Source: Candidatus Gastranaerophilales bacterium (GTDB lineage Bacteria; Cyanobacteriota; Vampirovibrionia; Gastranaerophilales; Gastranaerophilaceae). From it: a stretch of DNA of 45,054 nt. Shown here piece after piece: positions 29,107-38,555 of the stretch; position 1 is the first letter of the stretch; each line of letters begins with the position of its first letter. The notes beneath the pieces are model-generated. The model worked only from the letters and a program-made list of their open reading frames with translations, was not told the DNA's origin and made no database searches. The stretch spans positions 1-45,054 of the forward strand of contig CALURS010000001.1 in assembly GCA_944323215.1 (NCBI GenBank), given 5' to 3'. A program made the position numbers and the translations under genes.

Positions 29107-30573
29107 TTATTTTGAAAAAAGTAAAACCCACTTTAATCCTTTAACCCTTTTATCACTACTTGATTCAGGATTGTTACGTATCAGTCTTTTTAAAGTCTTT
29201 GCTGCTTTAATTAATCGTCTTTGATTAATATATAATTTTGTCAGATTGACGCTGTACATAATACTTTGCGGATATTCTTTTACTAATATTTCGTATTGCT
29301 CAATAGATTTTTTATAATCCCGCTTTTTATAATATACATTAGCCAATAATGCCGTAACACTGTTTTTACTTCTGAATTCTTGTGCTTTCTGTGCGTAATA
29401 AAGAGCTTTATTCATATCGCCTGTTTCGTAACAAATAACAGCAAAATTATAATAAATAATAAACTTTGTATTATTATCGCTCGCATATTTTATAGCCTGT
29501 TTTAAACAATTTTTAGCTTTATCATAATCCTTTGCAAAAATAGCAGTCTGCGCTAAATCAATATATCCGTTAGGAAGAGAAGGTGCTTGCTTAATATAAT
29601 TTTCAGCTTCCGAAATTTTTGTTTTGTTAATATCCTCTGCTTCACCAAAAATTATCTTTGGATGAATACTATAATCAGGCTTCCCCGAAGTTATATCAGG
29701 CTTTATTTCATAAAGCAGCTTCATTGTATTGATATCACCAGGAGATAATTTTTTATATTCTTTATTTCCTAAAATATTGGATGATGAAAGATATAAAACA
29801 TCCTCAGGATGTCTGCTGTGTCCGAAAATTCCAAGAGCGTGTGCAGCTTCATGCAGCGTTGTATTATATATTTCTTCTTTGGTAAAATAATTGCCTTTGT
29901 TATTTTTTGTGTACAAAGTAATTTTCATTTCTTGTAATGTATTGCCATCAAATACAGGCTCAGTGTTAGCTACTATGTATAGGTTATGATTATTTTTGCT
30001 GTTGTCTTCTTTTAAATCTTCAAATTCGATTGTTATATCAGGATTTTTGTCTTCAAATTGAAAAACGATTTTATTATTAGTAGCACGCTGCCATTCCATT
30101 AAAGCACTTTCTACTTCGTTTATAAAATACAAATCTAGGTTATCAGGTTTTTTGATACAAACTCTTATCGGATTTTTACCCCAACGAATGATTTTGTTAT
30201 TATATGGAATTAACTCAATATAATTTGGTTGATATTTTTGTGCAAATTGTTTTTCTAAGTCATGCAAATATTCAATGGCTTTTGTTTGATATAAATCATA
30301 AATTCCGTCATTAATAAATTCAATTAAGGCTTCTTGTGCTTCATAAGAACCATCTAAACGGATAATCGTATCAAGAAACATTTTACGATATTTGTCATTT
30401 GTAATATCACTATGATATGCACTTTTTGCAAGCCTAAAAGCTTTTTCATCCCCACCTGTTACAAAAGCATTTTGTGCATTCTTATAATCAAACTCAGGCT
30501 TATGCTCTACATAAATATATCCGCCCCATAAAATAATTAAAATCCCGACGATTATGCTAATCCGTTTTATCAC
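29107..30573 (-). CDS. Membrane-anchored putative zinc metalloprotease (HExxH...H) with C-terminal TPR repeats
   Basis: 488 aa with GTG start and AAGGAG RBS. N-terminal TM helix. LHEAAHALGIFGHS motif. The C-terminal third has TPR-like A/Y-rich helical repeats (AKDYDKAKNCLKQAIKY, GDMNKALYYAQKA, KRDYKKSIEQYEILV). Confidence 0.65.
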   Translation of the reverse strand: MIKRISIIVGILIILWGGYIYVEHKPEFDYKNAQNAFVTGGDEKAFRLAKSAYHSDITNDKYRKMFLDTIIRLDGSYEAQEALIEFINDGIYDLYQTKAIEYLHDLEKQFAQKYQPNYIELIPYNNKIIRWGKNPIRVCIKKPDNLDLYFINEVESALMEWQRATNNKIVFQFEDKNPDITIEFEDLKEDNSKNNHNLYIVANTEPVFDGNTLQEMKITLYTKNNKGNYFTKEEIYNTTLHEAAHALGIFGHSRHPEDVLYLSSSNILGNKEYKKLSPGDINTMKLLYEIKPDITSGKPDYSIHPKIIFGEAEDINKTKISEAENYIKQAPSLPNGYIDLAQTAIFAKDYDKAKNCLKQAIKYASDNNTKFIIYYNFAVICYETGDMNKALYYAQKAQEFRSKNSVTALLANVYYKKRDYKKSIEQYEILVKEYPQSIMYSVNLTKLYINQRRLIKAAKTLKRLIRNNPESSSDKRVKGLKWVLLFSK

Positions 30574-30718
30574 AGATTTCTCTCCTTAAATATACCCTAT
30601 ATAATTAAAATTATATTTTAACCACAATATAATAACAAGAAATTCCATTTGAAAAAGTTACAAAATATTGCAAATTAAATGCTTTTAATAATAATGAAGT
30701 ATAAAATATAAATTTTCT

Positions 30719-30746
30719 TTGCAATATTGGGAATAAATGGTATAAT
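30719..30746 (+). promoter_or_regulatory. sigma70-type promoter TTGCAA-N16-(TGg)TATAAT for pilT
   Basis: TTGCAA at 30719-30724 and TATAAT at 30741-30746, preceded by TG (extended -10). Lies 44 nt upstream of the pilT ATG. Confidence 0.5.
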
Positions 30747-30789
30747 TAAAACGAGAATTGAGTTTTATTTTAAATATTTAGAGGTAAAG

Positions 30790-31857
30790 ATGCTAATAGA
30801 AAAATATTTAGAGTTCGTTGTAAAAGCGAAAGGGAGCGATTTACATATCTCGGCAGGATTACCGCCTGCAGTCCGTGTAGACGGTATATTGCAACGTATG
30901 GATGTACCGCCTCTAAAACCTGAAGACGTAGAATTATTATTATTCCCGATGTTAAGCAAAGAGCAACGTCGTAGACTAGAACAAGATTGGGAATTAGACT
31001 TTTCATACGGAATACCAGGCTTAAGCCGTTTCCGTTGCAACCTTTATCGTGACAAAGGGAATTATGCGGCTTGTTTCCGTGTAATTTCATCTAAAGTTCC
31101 TTCCTTCAAGGATTTAGGATTATCAGAAACCGTAAGAAAAATCGCAGAAAAGCCTCGTGGTCTTGTACTTGTTACAGGTCCAACTGGTTCTGGTAAGTCA
31201 ACAACTCTTGCTGCTATGATTGACTATATTAATGAAACAAGAGCAGAACACATTTTGACAATTGAGGACCCTATCGAATTTATTCACACCTCAAAGCGTT
31301 CTATTATTCACCAAAGAGAACTTGGTCAGGATACTCGTTCATTTGCAAATGCTCTAAAGTCAGCACTTCGTGAAGACCCTGATGTTATTCTGGTAGGTGA
31401 GATGCGTGACTTAGATACAATCCGTTTGGCATTGACAGCCGCAGAAACAGGTCACTTAGTATTTGGTACACTTCACACCTCTTCTGCATCTCAAACAATT
31501 GACCGTATTATTGACGTTTTTCCTGAAGGGCAGCAACAACAAATTCGTGTACAGTTATCAAGCTCTTTGATTGCTGTATTTGCACAAACTCTATTACCGT
31601 TGCTTCAACCGGACGGTTCTAAAAAAGGTCGTGTAATGGCACAAGAAGCTATGTTGGTTATTCCGGCTATTGCTAACCTTATTAGAGAATCTAAAGCGGC
31701 ACAAATTTATTCTACTATGCAAACTAATGCCGGTTTCGGTATGCAAACTCTTGAAATGTCTCTTAAAGACCTTTATCTTAAGAAGAAAATTTCTCTTGAG
31801 GATGCACTTGCTCGTTCTTCAAGACCTGAAGAATTCAAAAGAAGTTTGCAATCATAA
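30790..31857 (+). CDS. pilT: Type IV pilus retraction ATPase PilT
   Basis: 355 aa from MLIEKYL (GAGG RBS). GSDLHI, Walker A GPTGSGKST, TIEDPIEF, VILVGEMRD and AETGHLVFGTLHT are canonical PilT motifs. Confidence 0.92.
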   Translation: MLIEKYLEFVVKAKGSDLHISAGLPPAVRVDGILQRMDVPPLKPEDVELLLFPMLSKEQRRRLEQDWELDFSYGIPGLSRFRCNLYRDKGNYAACFRVISSKVPSFKDLGLSETVRKIAEKPRGLVLVTGPTGSGKSTTLAAMIDYINETRAEHILTIEDPIEFIHTSKRSIIHQRELGQDTRSFANALKSALREDPDVILVGEMRDLDTIRLALTAAETGHLVFGTLHTSSASQTIDRIIDVFPEGQQQQIRVQLSSSLIAVFAQTLLPLLQPDGSKKGRVMAQEAMLVIPAIANLIRESKAAQIYSTMQTNAGFGMQTLEMSLKDLYLKKKISLEDALARSSRPEEFKRSLQS

Positions 31858-31880
31858 GATAGTTAAAATTCTAATACATA

Positions 31881-31917
31881 AAATGACCTCTAATAAATAT
31901 TTATAGGTCATTTTTTA
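31881..31917 (+). terminator. Rho-independent terminator after pilT
   Basis: ATGACCT-15nt-AGGTCAT followed by TTTTTT. Confidence 0.7.
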
Positions 31918-31938
31918 TCTTTTAAAATCAATTACCGT

Positions 31939-31972
31939 AAAAAAAAGACTGACTTTTTAAGTCAGTCTTTTA
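31939..31972 (-). terminator. Rho-independent (bidirectional) terminator after the autotransporter gene
   Basis: AAAAGACTGACTT-loop-AAGTCAGTCTTTT, a ~13-bp stem with A8 on one side and T4 on the other. Confidence 0.75.
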
Positions 31973-31991
31973 TATCTTTTTTAAGATTTAA

Positions 31992-34900
31992 CTAATCGAT
32001 AATATCTTCACCGATAGCCCATCTAAAGCCTCCGGTAAGAGCTACACCGTTTCTTCCGCCATTTCTAACCATAGCTTGCAAGTAACCTGTTGCGTGTTCA
32101 CCGTGGTGTTTTTGAATACCAATACCGTATTCAACAAAAGGTCTGATGGATAATCTGTTAAATGCAATATCATTAGCCCAGAACCTTGCACCATCCATAC
32201 ATACCCAAGTCATATTTACAGCTAAATATGGCTGCCATCCGTTTTTAAAGTTATTTGCTATTAACTTAACACCCGGGATTATTTCAATAGCATGAAGCGG
32301 GTCTTGTTTAATATGAACACCTGCCGCATTATTATGCGAATAAGCATAAATAAATGTATAAGACATCATATAACTTGGTTGGATGATAAATTTATTATTA
32401 AATAGTCTAAAGTTATAGCCAGCTTTAGCCGCAACACCTGCACCCATCATAGGGAAGTGTTCACTGCCATAATCATTATTTGCCTCAACAGCCCAACCAC
32501 CGGCATTTGCTGTGATACCAGCCCAGAAATCACCTTTATATGCTGTAAATACACCTCCTGCAGCACCACCGTTTTGCCACATATTTATACCACTGTAATG
32601 TTGGTAAGCTCCAGTATATGCACCAAATACAGCATAGTTTGCATCCCAGCCTTTGCCTAACTCGTATAAACCGCTTTCGTGTCCGATTAATGTTCCATAG
32701 AATATGTTATCAACGTGCGGTCCTCTCTTTAAAGGCACTTTTTCAAAGTTTGTGAATGCTCTTACAAATGCGCTTGGATAATCTTCCTGACGTTTATCAC
32801 GATAGAAGGTATTTATCTCATCTTCAAACATATTTGCGTAACGGTTGTAATTCTTAAGATTTTCTCTTTCATCTCTTGTTAATATGGTTAGCATATCCAT
32901 ATTAGCAAAAGATTGTCTGTAGATATTATCCATTAACAAGAACGCACCAATTTGAGCAACCGGAGTTTGAGTTACATTATCTGATGGTTTAAAGGTATTA
33001 TTGAATGAGAAATAAACATCATCCATCGCATCACCTGAAAAACCTAAGTCAGCACCGCTTACTTTGTTTACGCTGTATCTGTAAATTTTTCCTTCTAGTG
33101 TATCAACTGAAGAATTAACATTATCAACGCTTAATCCGTTTACATTAGTAAACAGAATGTTTGCTGATTCTTTTTCTCCCTCATTCACAAGATTCATATC
33201 AGAGATGTTGATTGAACCATTTGCAATATTAACATTTGCACCTGTTCCATCACCAATATTTTCTTGTAGTAAGTTATCCATTCTTTCGTTTACTACATCA
33301 ACATCAACCTTCATATTAGTATTTGATTGAAGCGCAAAGCTATCAAGTTTAATATTACTTACTACACCATTTCTAATATCAACAGTCCCACCATTTAAAA
33401 CAAGACTGTTTAAATCTGATGTATTGGTTGCCGTTGTTCCAAGGTACTCATCATTGGAAAACTTGATTGTACCGCCTTGAGTTGTAACGGTTGAATTAGA
33501 TACTTGTGAATTAGCATTAGCAGTACCGTTATATACATTAAGATTTACGTTTGATACGCCATTATTAAAATTAACATTACCTTGATAATTAGCATTATTA
33601 TAGTTTACATTTACAGTTGGTACATAGCCAGCAGTAGTAGTTGTTGCACCATCAACCGCACCATTTAAGTTAATATTTCTTCCTGTGTTGGCATCTAAAT
33701 TAATTACTGCTCCACTACTACTTTCAGTACCAACATTCAGATATATAGAGTCTGTTGCTGTTGAAAAATTAACATCACGATTTTGAGCAATAACAGTTGT
33801 ATCAGAACCAGTTGCGCCATAAATAGCACCACCATAGCTCCTTGCAGTGTTATTAGTAAAATTGGAGTCAGTAATGGTTGCTGTAGAACCATTATAAATA
33901 GCACCACCACTATTTGCACTATTTCCGGAAAAAGTAGTATTTGAAATAGTCAAATCTGCAATAATGCCATTATTAGCTACTGATGTATTACTATATATAG
34001 CACCACCGGCTGCTGTATAACCGCTTCCAGTTGTGGTACCACCATTATTTGTAAAGGTCGCATTAGAAATATTTGTTGTACCTGTATTATAAACTGCACC
34101 ACCGCTAGTAGATGCCTTATTACCGGTAAAGGATGAACCCTGCTGTATATTCACGGTACCGGAGTTATAAATAGCACCTCCGCTTCCTGTTACAACATCA
34201 GAACCACCATAATTTAAAAGTCCATTATTTTCAAAAGTTGTATTGATAATATTTACTTCTGCTGTTGATTGATTTGAAGTTATCTGGTTACTTATAGCAC
34301 CACCGCCAGTACCTGCAGTATTACTGCTAAAGTTTGCACCATTAATATTTATAATACTGCTTTGGTCGTGTGTATTATCAGAACGGTTAAAAATTGCACC
34401 ACCATTAATCTTTGCATAGTTGCTGTCAAAAGTAACATCGTGTATATCTATTGTCGCAGACTTATTGGAAGAATCAGTTATACTATTATATATAGCACCA
34501 CCATCATTACCTGCTTCGTTGCCTGTAAATGTTGACCCCCCGTTGATAATAATTTCACCGCCGTTACCGTTATAAATAGCTCCACCATATAAATCAGCAG
34601 AGTTTGTATTAAATTGAGTTCCAATAATAGTAATTTCACCGGTATTATCAGGATCCAATGTATTATAAACATTTAATATAGCACCACCTCGTCCGCTTTG
34701 TGCTGTATCCCAACCAATTCCTGTTGAACCTCCGTCTGGGTTATAAGTGATTGCTTTATTATTTTCAAAAACAGCATTATATATATAGGCTTGACCACTG
34801 TTATTAATAGCTCCACCTTGACCAGCTTGGTTTCCTGAGAATGTTACCTGTTCACCTGTTGCACTAACAGTACCGCCATTTACTTGACTACCAATATATA

Positions 34901-35243
34901 AATCGCCTTCGTTATATACAACGCCACCCATTCTCCCGACACTTTCACCTAGACCATCAGGATTTATCATTGCTGAGATATTGCTAAAAGTTACATTGTT
35001 TGTTGTACCTATATTTAATGTGCCGCTAGTTGTAACATTATATATACCACCACCAACATTAACGTCTCCACCTGTTGTTTGGCTAAAATATTCTGTTAAA
35101 GCCGCATTTGTTATACTTGTATTAACAGTCACGGTGCCTGCTATGGATGTAGGATCTTGTGTAACCGCATATGCACCATTCGATGCAAAGGTAAGCATAA
35201 CTGACAGCACTAATAGTGAAACATTTTTGTAATTCTTTTTCAT
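31992..35243 (-). CDS. Autotransporter with polymorphic-membrane-protein (Pmp-type GGA[ILV] / FxxN) passenger repeats and C-terminal beta-barrel
   Basis: 1083 aa with signal peptide MKKNYKNVSLLVLSVMLTFASNGAYA. About 12 alternating FxxN and GGAI(Y/F/L)N motifs. The C-terminal ~300 aa are rich in alternating aromatic/Gly beta-strand pattern, ending ...GGFRWAIGEDIID. Confidence 0.85.
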   Translation of the reverse strand: MKKNYKNVSLLVLSVMLTFASNGAYAVTQDPTSIAGTVTVNTSITNAALTEYFSQTTGGDVNVGGGIYNVTTSGTLNIGTTNNVTFSNISAMINPDGLGESVGRMGGVVYNEGDLYIGSQVNGGTVSATGEQVTFSGNQAGQGGAINNSGQAYIYNAVFENNKAITYNPDGGSTGIGWDTAQSGRGGAILNVYNTLDPDNTGEITIIGTQFNTNSADLYGGAIYNGNGGEIIINGGSTFTGNEAGNDGGAIYNSITDSSNKSATIDIHDVTFDSNYAKINGGAIFNRSDNTHDQSSIININGANFSSNTAGTGGGAISNQITSNQSTAEVNIINTTFENNGLLNYGGSDVVTGSGGAIYNSGTVNIQQGSSFTGNKASTSGGAVYNTGTTNISNATFTNNGGTTTGSGYTAAGGAIYSNTSVANNGIIADLTISNTTFSGNSANSGGAIYNGSTATITDSNFTNNTARSYGGAIYGATGSDTTVIAQNRDVNFSTATDSIYLNVGTESSSGAVINLDANTGRNINLNGAVDGATTTTAGYVPTVNVNYNNANYQGNVNFNNGVSNVNLNVYNGTANANSQVSNSTVTTQGGTIKFSNDEYLGTTATNTSDLNSLVLNGGTVDIRNGVVSNIKLDSFALQSNTNMKVDVDVVNERMDNLLQENIGDGTGANVNIANGSINISDMNLVNEGEKESANILFTNVNGLSVDNVNSSVDTLEGKIYRYSVNKVSGADLGFSGDAMDDVYFSFNNTFKPSDNVTQTPVAQIGAFLLMDNIYRQSFANMDMLTILTRDERENLKNYNRYANMFEDEINTFYRDKRQEDYPSAFVRAFTNFEKVPLKRGPHVDNIFYGTLIGHESGLYELGKGWDANYAVFGAYTGAYQHYSGINMWQNGGAAGGVFTAYKGDFWAGITANAGGWAVEANNDYGSEHFPMMGAGVAAKAGYNFRLFNNKFIIQPSYMMSYTFIYAYSHNNAAGVHIKQDPLHAIEIIPGVKLIANNFKNGWQPYLAVNMTWVCMDGARFWANDIAFNRLSIRPFVEYGIGIQKHHGEHATGYLQAMVRNGGRNGVALTGGFRWAIGEDIID

Positions 35244-35503
35244 CCTAACCTCTAGAGCTTTTAAAATTTGTGTCTATCTTTAATTTAAACATAAACAAAG
35301 TTAAAATAAAAGATTAAATCTGAAAATGATAAATAAATTTTTTACAAAAATTATAATATTTCAGATAGTACATTATACGGTAATACTCGATAATACTGGG
35401 GTTTAAAGAATATTAACTTTTGTTAAGAAAATAAAAAAAAATGCAATTTTTATTCAAAAAAAATCTTTATATATTTGTAGACAAAAAAAAGGAAGTGTGG
35501 TTT

Positions 35504-36109
35504 ATGTCGTCATACATATATGATGTAGCAAAGTCTTTGGGCTTTGGTGTAAGAAATGACGTAAAAGCAATGGGTAACGGCAGTGATGCGGATGTCCGCG
35601 CCGTAGTTGGGGGAATACAAACAACAAATGCCGGTACGTCAATCTTTGCAGAAGCAAAAAAAGGCAGTACCATTTCTCAAACAGCCAGCAGCGCGGCAAA
35701 GTATGTATCTAAGGCTGTTAATCCTTTGTTATGCGTTGCAGGAGTTGCAAGAGTTGCGGCATCAGATGACAGACCGTCAACTGCTATTGAAGAAATTTGC
35801 GGTATGAGCACCATGTTCGGAGTTGAAGGGGTTATGAAGCAACAATTTAAAGAAGGTAGCCTGCTATCTGAATGTAAGTTAATGAAAAATTCTATTAATG
35901 GATTTAATAAATATTGTGCAAATAATAATTTTTTAAGTAAATTTAAAGCCGGAACAATAGGGAATATGATAAAGGGTTTAGCATTTATAATTGGTTCAAT
36001 GTCTGCTTATGCATTAGGTCAATCTATTGGTTCAAAAATTGCTGATAAAACAACACGAAAATATTCTTTTGTTCCGTTAGTAAATGACAATACAATAACT
36101 CAAAAATAA
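35504..36109 (+). CDS. Hypothetical protein (Ala/Gly/Ser-rich, one C-terminal hydrophobic helix), no family recognised
   Basis: 201 aa from MSSYIYDV (GGAAG RBS 8 nt upstream). The track ORF start at 35441 is less likely. First gene of a plus-strand operon divergent from the autotransporter. Confidence 0.55.
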   Translation: MSSYIYDVAKSLGFGVRNDVKAMGNGSDADVRAVVGGIQTTNAGTSIFAEAKKGSTISQTASSAAKYVSKAVNPLLCVAGVARVAASDDRPSTAIEEICGMSTMFGVEGVMKQQFKEGSLLSECKLMKNSINGFNKYCANNNFLSKFKAGTIGNMIKGLAFIIGSMSAYALGQSIGSKIADKTTRKYSFVPLVNDNTITQK

Positions 36110-36203
36110 TATTAAGTTTTATTAACTAAGAGCTCCTAAAAATTAAAGTTTTTGAAACAAGTGACGTTAAACATGAAAAGAACTGATACAGGAGTTTTTG
36201 ATT

Positions 36204-37643
36204 ATGGGTATAAATGTAAATAGTTTAAGTCCAACAGAAGCAAAACAATATTGGTATGATTATAATAATGGGAACATAAAAGGCTTATCAGAAGCTGAGT
36301 ATCAGTCCTTATGCACGAAATTTCGTTCTTACCTTGATAACTGGGAAAGTGAAGTGGATGAAAACGGATATAACTACACTGAGACACCTGAAGAACGTTT
36401 GGATTATGATGCCGATGATGCGGGGTTAGGATTTAACGAGCAAACCGCACAAGCAACAACAAGCACAAGTGTTGCAGTAGGTGCAGCAGCCGGAGTAAGT
36501 GCTATAACAACGGGTGTTGCTTCTATGAGTTCATTTGGAGCAATGGCAGGAGAAGCAGCAGCTTTAACACAAGTTTATGGAGCCGGAAGTGAAATAGCAA
36601 CGATGGCATCAAATACTGCAAAAAATGCAGCCGTAAAGAATTCAGCATCACTGCTTGTAGCGGCGGCATTACAATTTGCTACAATGATTTGGTATAAAGC
36701 AAACACTCCAAACAAAGATGCTGTAGAAGCCTGCCAAACAGCACAAGATGAGATGTATACTGAGCAAGCTAATTTAGCTGACCAAGTACTGACAATGGAA
36801 GAAATGCAAGAAGAAATGGAGTTATTGCAGGAACAAGCACTTGAAACAAATGAACAAGGACAAGGTGAAATAGCTGATCTTGAGGGATTATATAATTATT
36901 ATTATGCAAAAGTACAAAATGGAACTGCAACTGATAAAGAACGTGCATTACTTCAAGCTCTGGGCGCTCAAATGGCAGTAACTCAATCTGAAACAAATGA
37001 TGATACAGCAGGTATTAATGAAGAAATTGTTTCGGTTGGTGATGGATATGAAGATGTTACTGCAAGCATTGATAATACAAACCAATTTACAGATTATGTT
37101 TCTGATATAGATAAACCAACTCAAACAGCAGCTATAGTTCAAGGAACAGTTCTTGCATTATCCGCTGCATCTGCAGCATTCACGTGCTCACAAGCATTAA
37201 TAAGAGCAACCACCTTATCCGCATCAGTCTTTGGTGCTGCTGCAGCCGTAATGTACTATGCAGCCGCTGCTATGAGTGGTGCAGCCGCAGCATTCTTTGG
37301 CATGGAATCTTATAACCAACTTACTAATTTCAGAACGACAGCAGAAGACACTATTGATATCAGAGAAAATACTCAAGATTTATCTACTGAAACTAGTGAA
37401 TTTCAAGATGTTTCTACTGAATATTGGGAAGAAACAGTTGATTTAACAAGCGAGGATAACTTATTTACTTTAACTCCTACATATGCAAACTCTGTTCCGC
37501 CAGCCAGTCAAAATAGTGAAGAACAAGGGGTAAACAACACTGACTCTACACCGGAAAATGCACCCCCTGCTGAAACTAAATCAAGTTCTTCAGAAGGCAC
37601 TAATAATCCATTTAATCCTTTCAAAAACGAAGAAGATGCATAA
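36204..37643 (+). CDS. Hypothetical protein with two Ala/Gly-rich hydrophobic blocks flanking an acidic coiled-coil, and an acidic disordered tail
   Basis: 479 aa from the ATG at 36204 (GGAG 9 nt upstream). Hydrophobic blocks are at ~aa 90-165 and ~aa 315-375 (AAAAVMYYAAAAMSGAAAAFFG). The Q/E-rich heptad region is MEEMQEEMELLQEQALE. No family recognised. Confidence 0.65.
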   Translation: MGINVNSLSPTEAKQYWYDYNNGNIKGLSEAEYQSLCTKFRSYLDNWESEVDENGYNYTETPEERLDYDADDAGLGFNEQTAQATTSTSVAVGAAAGVSAITTGVASMSSFGAMAGEAAALTQVYGAGSEIATMASNTAKNAAVKNSASLLVAAALQFATMIWYKANTPNKDAVEACQTAQDEMYTEQANLADQVLTMEEMQEEMELLQEQALETNEQGQGEIADLEGLYNYYYAKVQNGTATDKERALLQALGAQMAVTQSETNDDTAGINEEIVSVGDGYEDVTASIDNTNQFTDYVSDIDKPTQTAAIVQGTVLALSAASAAFTCSQALIRATTLSASVFGAAAAVMYYAAAAMSGAAAAFFGMESYNQLTNFRTTAEDTIDIRENTQDLSTETSEFQDVSTEYWEETVDLTSEDNLFTLTPTYANSVPPASQNSEEQGVNNTDSTPENAPPAETKSSSSEGTNNPFNPFKNEEDA

Positions 37644-37700
37644 ATTGTTGTAAATTTTTTGTAATATTTCGTCAATTATTTTTCTTTTTATTTTTTAATT

Positions 37701-37720
37701 CTCCTGTACAAGGAGTTTTT
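37701..37720 (+). terminator. Short hairpin CTCCT-GTACA-AGGAG + T5 (weak terminator, 3' arm doubles as an SD)
   Basis: Read directly. 5-bp stem, 5-nt loop, T5. The AGGAG arm lies 5 nt upstream of the ATG at 37721. Confidence 0.35.
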
Positions 37721-37885
37721 ATGCAAAATATCATTCACCCTTTCGGATCAATAACTTGCCAAAATAAATATATGACAATTCCGATTGATTACAATAATTT
37801 TGATAACAATGAAACATTTAGCCAATTTTTAAGAGAGCTAGATATCTTTCTAAAAGACAAAGAATTAGAAGAAACTACTAAATAA
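37721..37885 (+). CDS. Small hypothetical protein (54 aa), below the ORF-track cutoff
   Basis: Hand translation MQNIIHPFGSITCQNKYMTIPIDYNNFDNNETFSQFLRELDIFLKDKELEETTK*. AGGAG RBS at correct spacing. No family recognised. Confidence 0.35.
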   Translation: MQNIIHPFGSITCQNKYMTIPIDYNNFDNNETFSQFLRELDIFLKDKELEETTK

Positions 37886-37889
37886 TAAT

Positions 37890-38555
37890 TTAAACAAGCC
37901 CTTCTTTTAAAGCCTTTACCGCTGCTTGTGTTCTATCATCAACCACAAGTTTTTGTATTATATTACACACATGCGCTTTAGCTGTATGTTCACTTATTGT
38001 TAGAGTTTTTGCTATTTGACTGTTTGACTGCCCCTCTACAACAAGTTTTAAAACTTCATACTCTCGCTGAGTTAAATTAGAATGACGCTCCTTAAATACG
38101 GCTCTTGAAAGTTGTCTTGCCGGTATAATACCGCAATTTTTCTCTCTTATATACGGTACAACATGCGGATCAAGCCACATCGCGCCTTGCTTAACAGTTC
38201 TTATAACCATCATTAAAATTTCTGTTACTATATCTTTTAGAACATAAGCGCTTGCCCCCGCAGTTAACGAATCCGTAACCTCCTGTTCCGATATATGTGA
38301 AGTTAACATTATCACTTTAATATTGTTATTATGTTCCAATATTCTTTTTGTTGCTTCAATTCCACTTATATCCGGAAGTCCTATATCCATTAATATTACC
38401 TCAGGCTTAGTAAGTTTTGCCTTTTCTATTGCCTCTTTGCCGTCACGAGCCTCCGCTATTATTTGCATCTCAGGATAATCTGTAAATAATGACTTTATAC
38501 CTATCCGCATAAGCTTTTGATCTTCTACTGATAATATATTTATTGTTTGCTGCAT
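37890..38555 (-). CDS. NarL/LuxR-family response regulator (REC + LuxR HTH), no adjacent kinase
   Basis: Receiver motifs (ILSVEDQ...VILMDIGLPD...LTS). C-terminal LTQREYEVLKLVVEGQSNSQIAKTLTISEHTAKAHVCNI. Start placed at the second ATG (38555) because GGAGG lies 5 nt upstream of it. Confidence 0.85.
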   Translation of the reverse strand: MQQTINILSVEDQKLMRIGIKSLFTDYPEMQIIAEARDGKEAIEKAKLTKPEVILMDIGLPDISGIEATKRILEHNNNIKVIMLTSHISEQEVTDSLTAGASAYVLKDIVTEILMMVIRTVKQGAMWLDPHVVPYIREKNCGIIPARQLSRAVFKERHSNLTQREYEVLKLVVEGQSNSQIAKTLTISEHTAKAHVCNIIQKLVVDDRTQAAVKALKEGLV

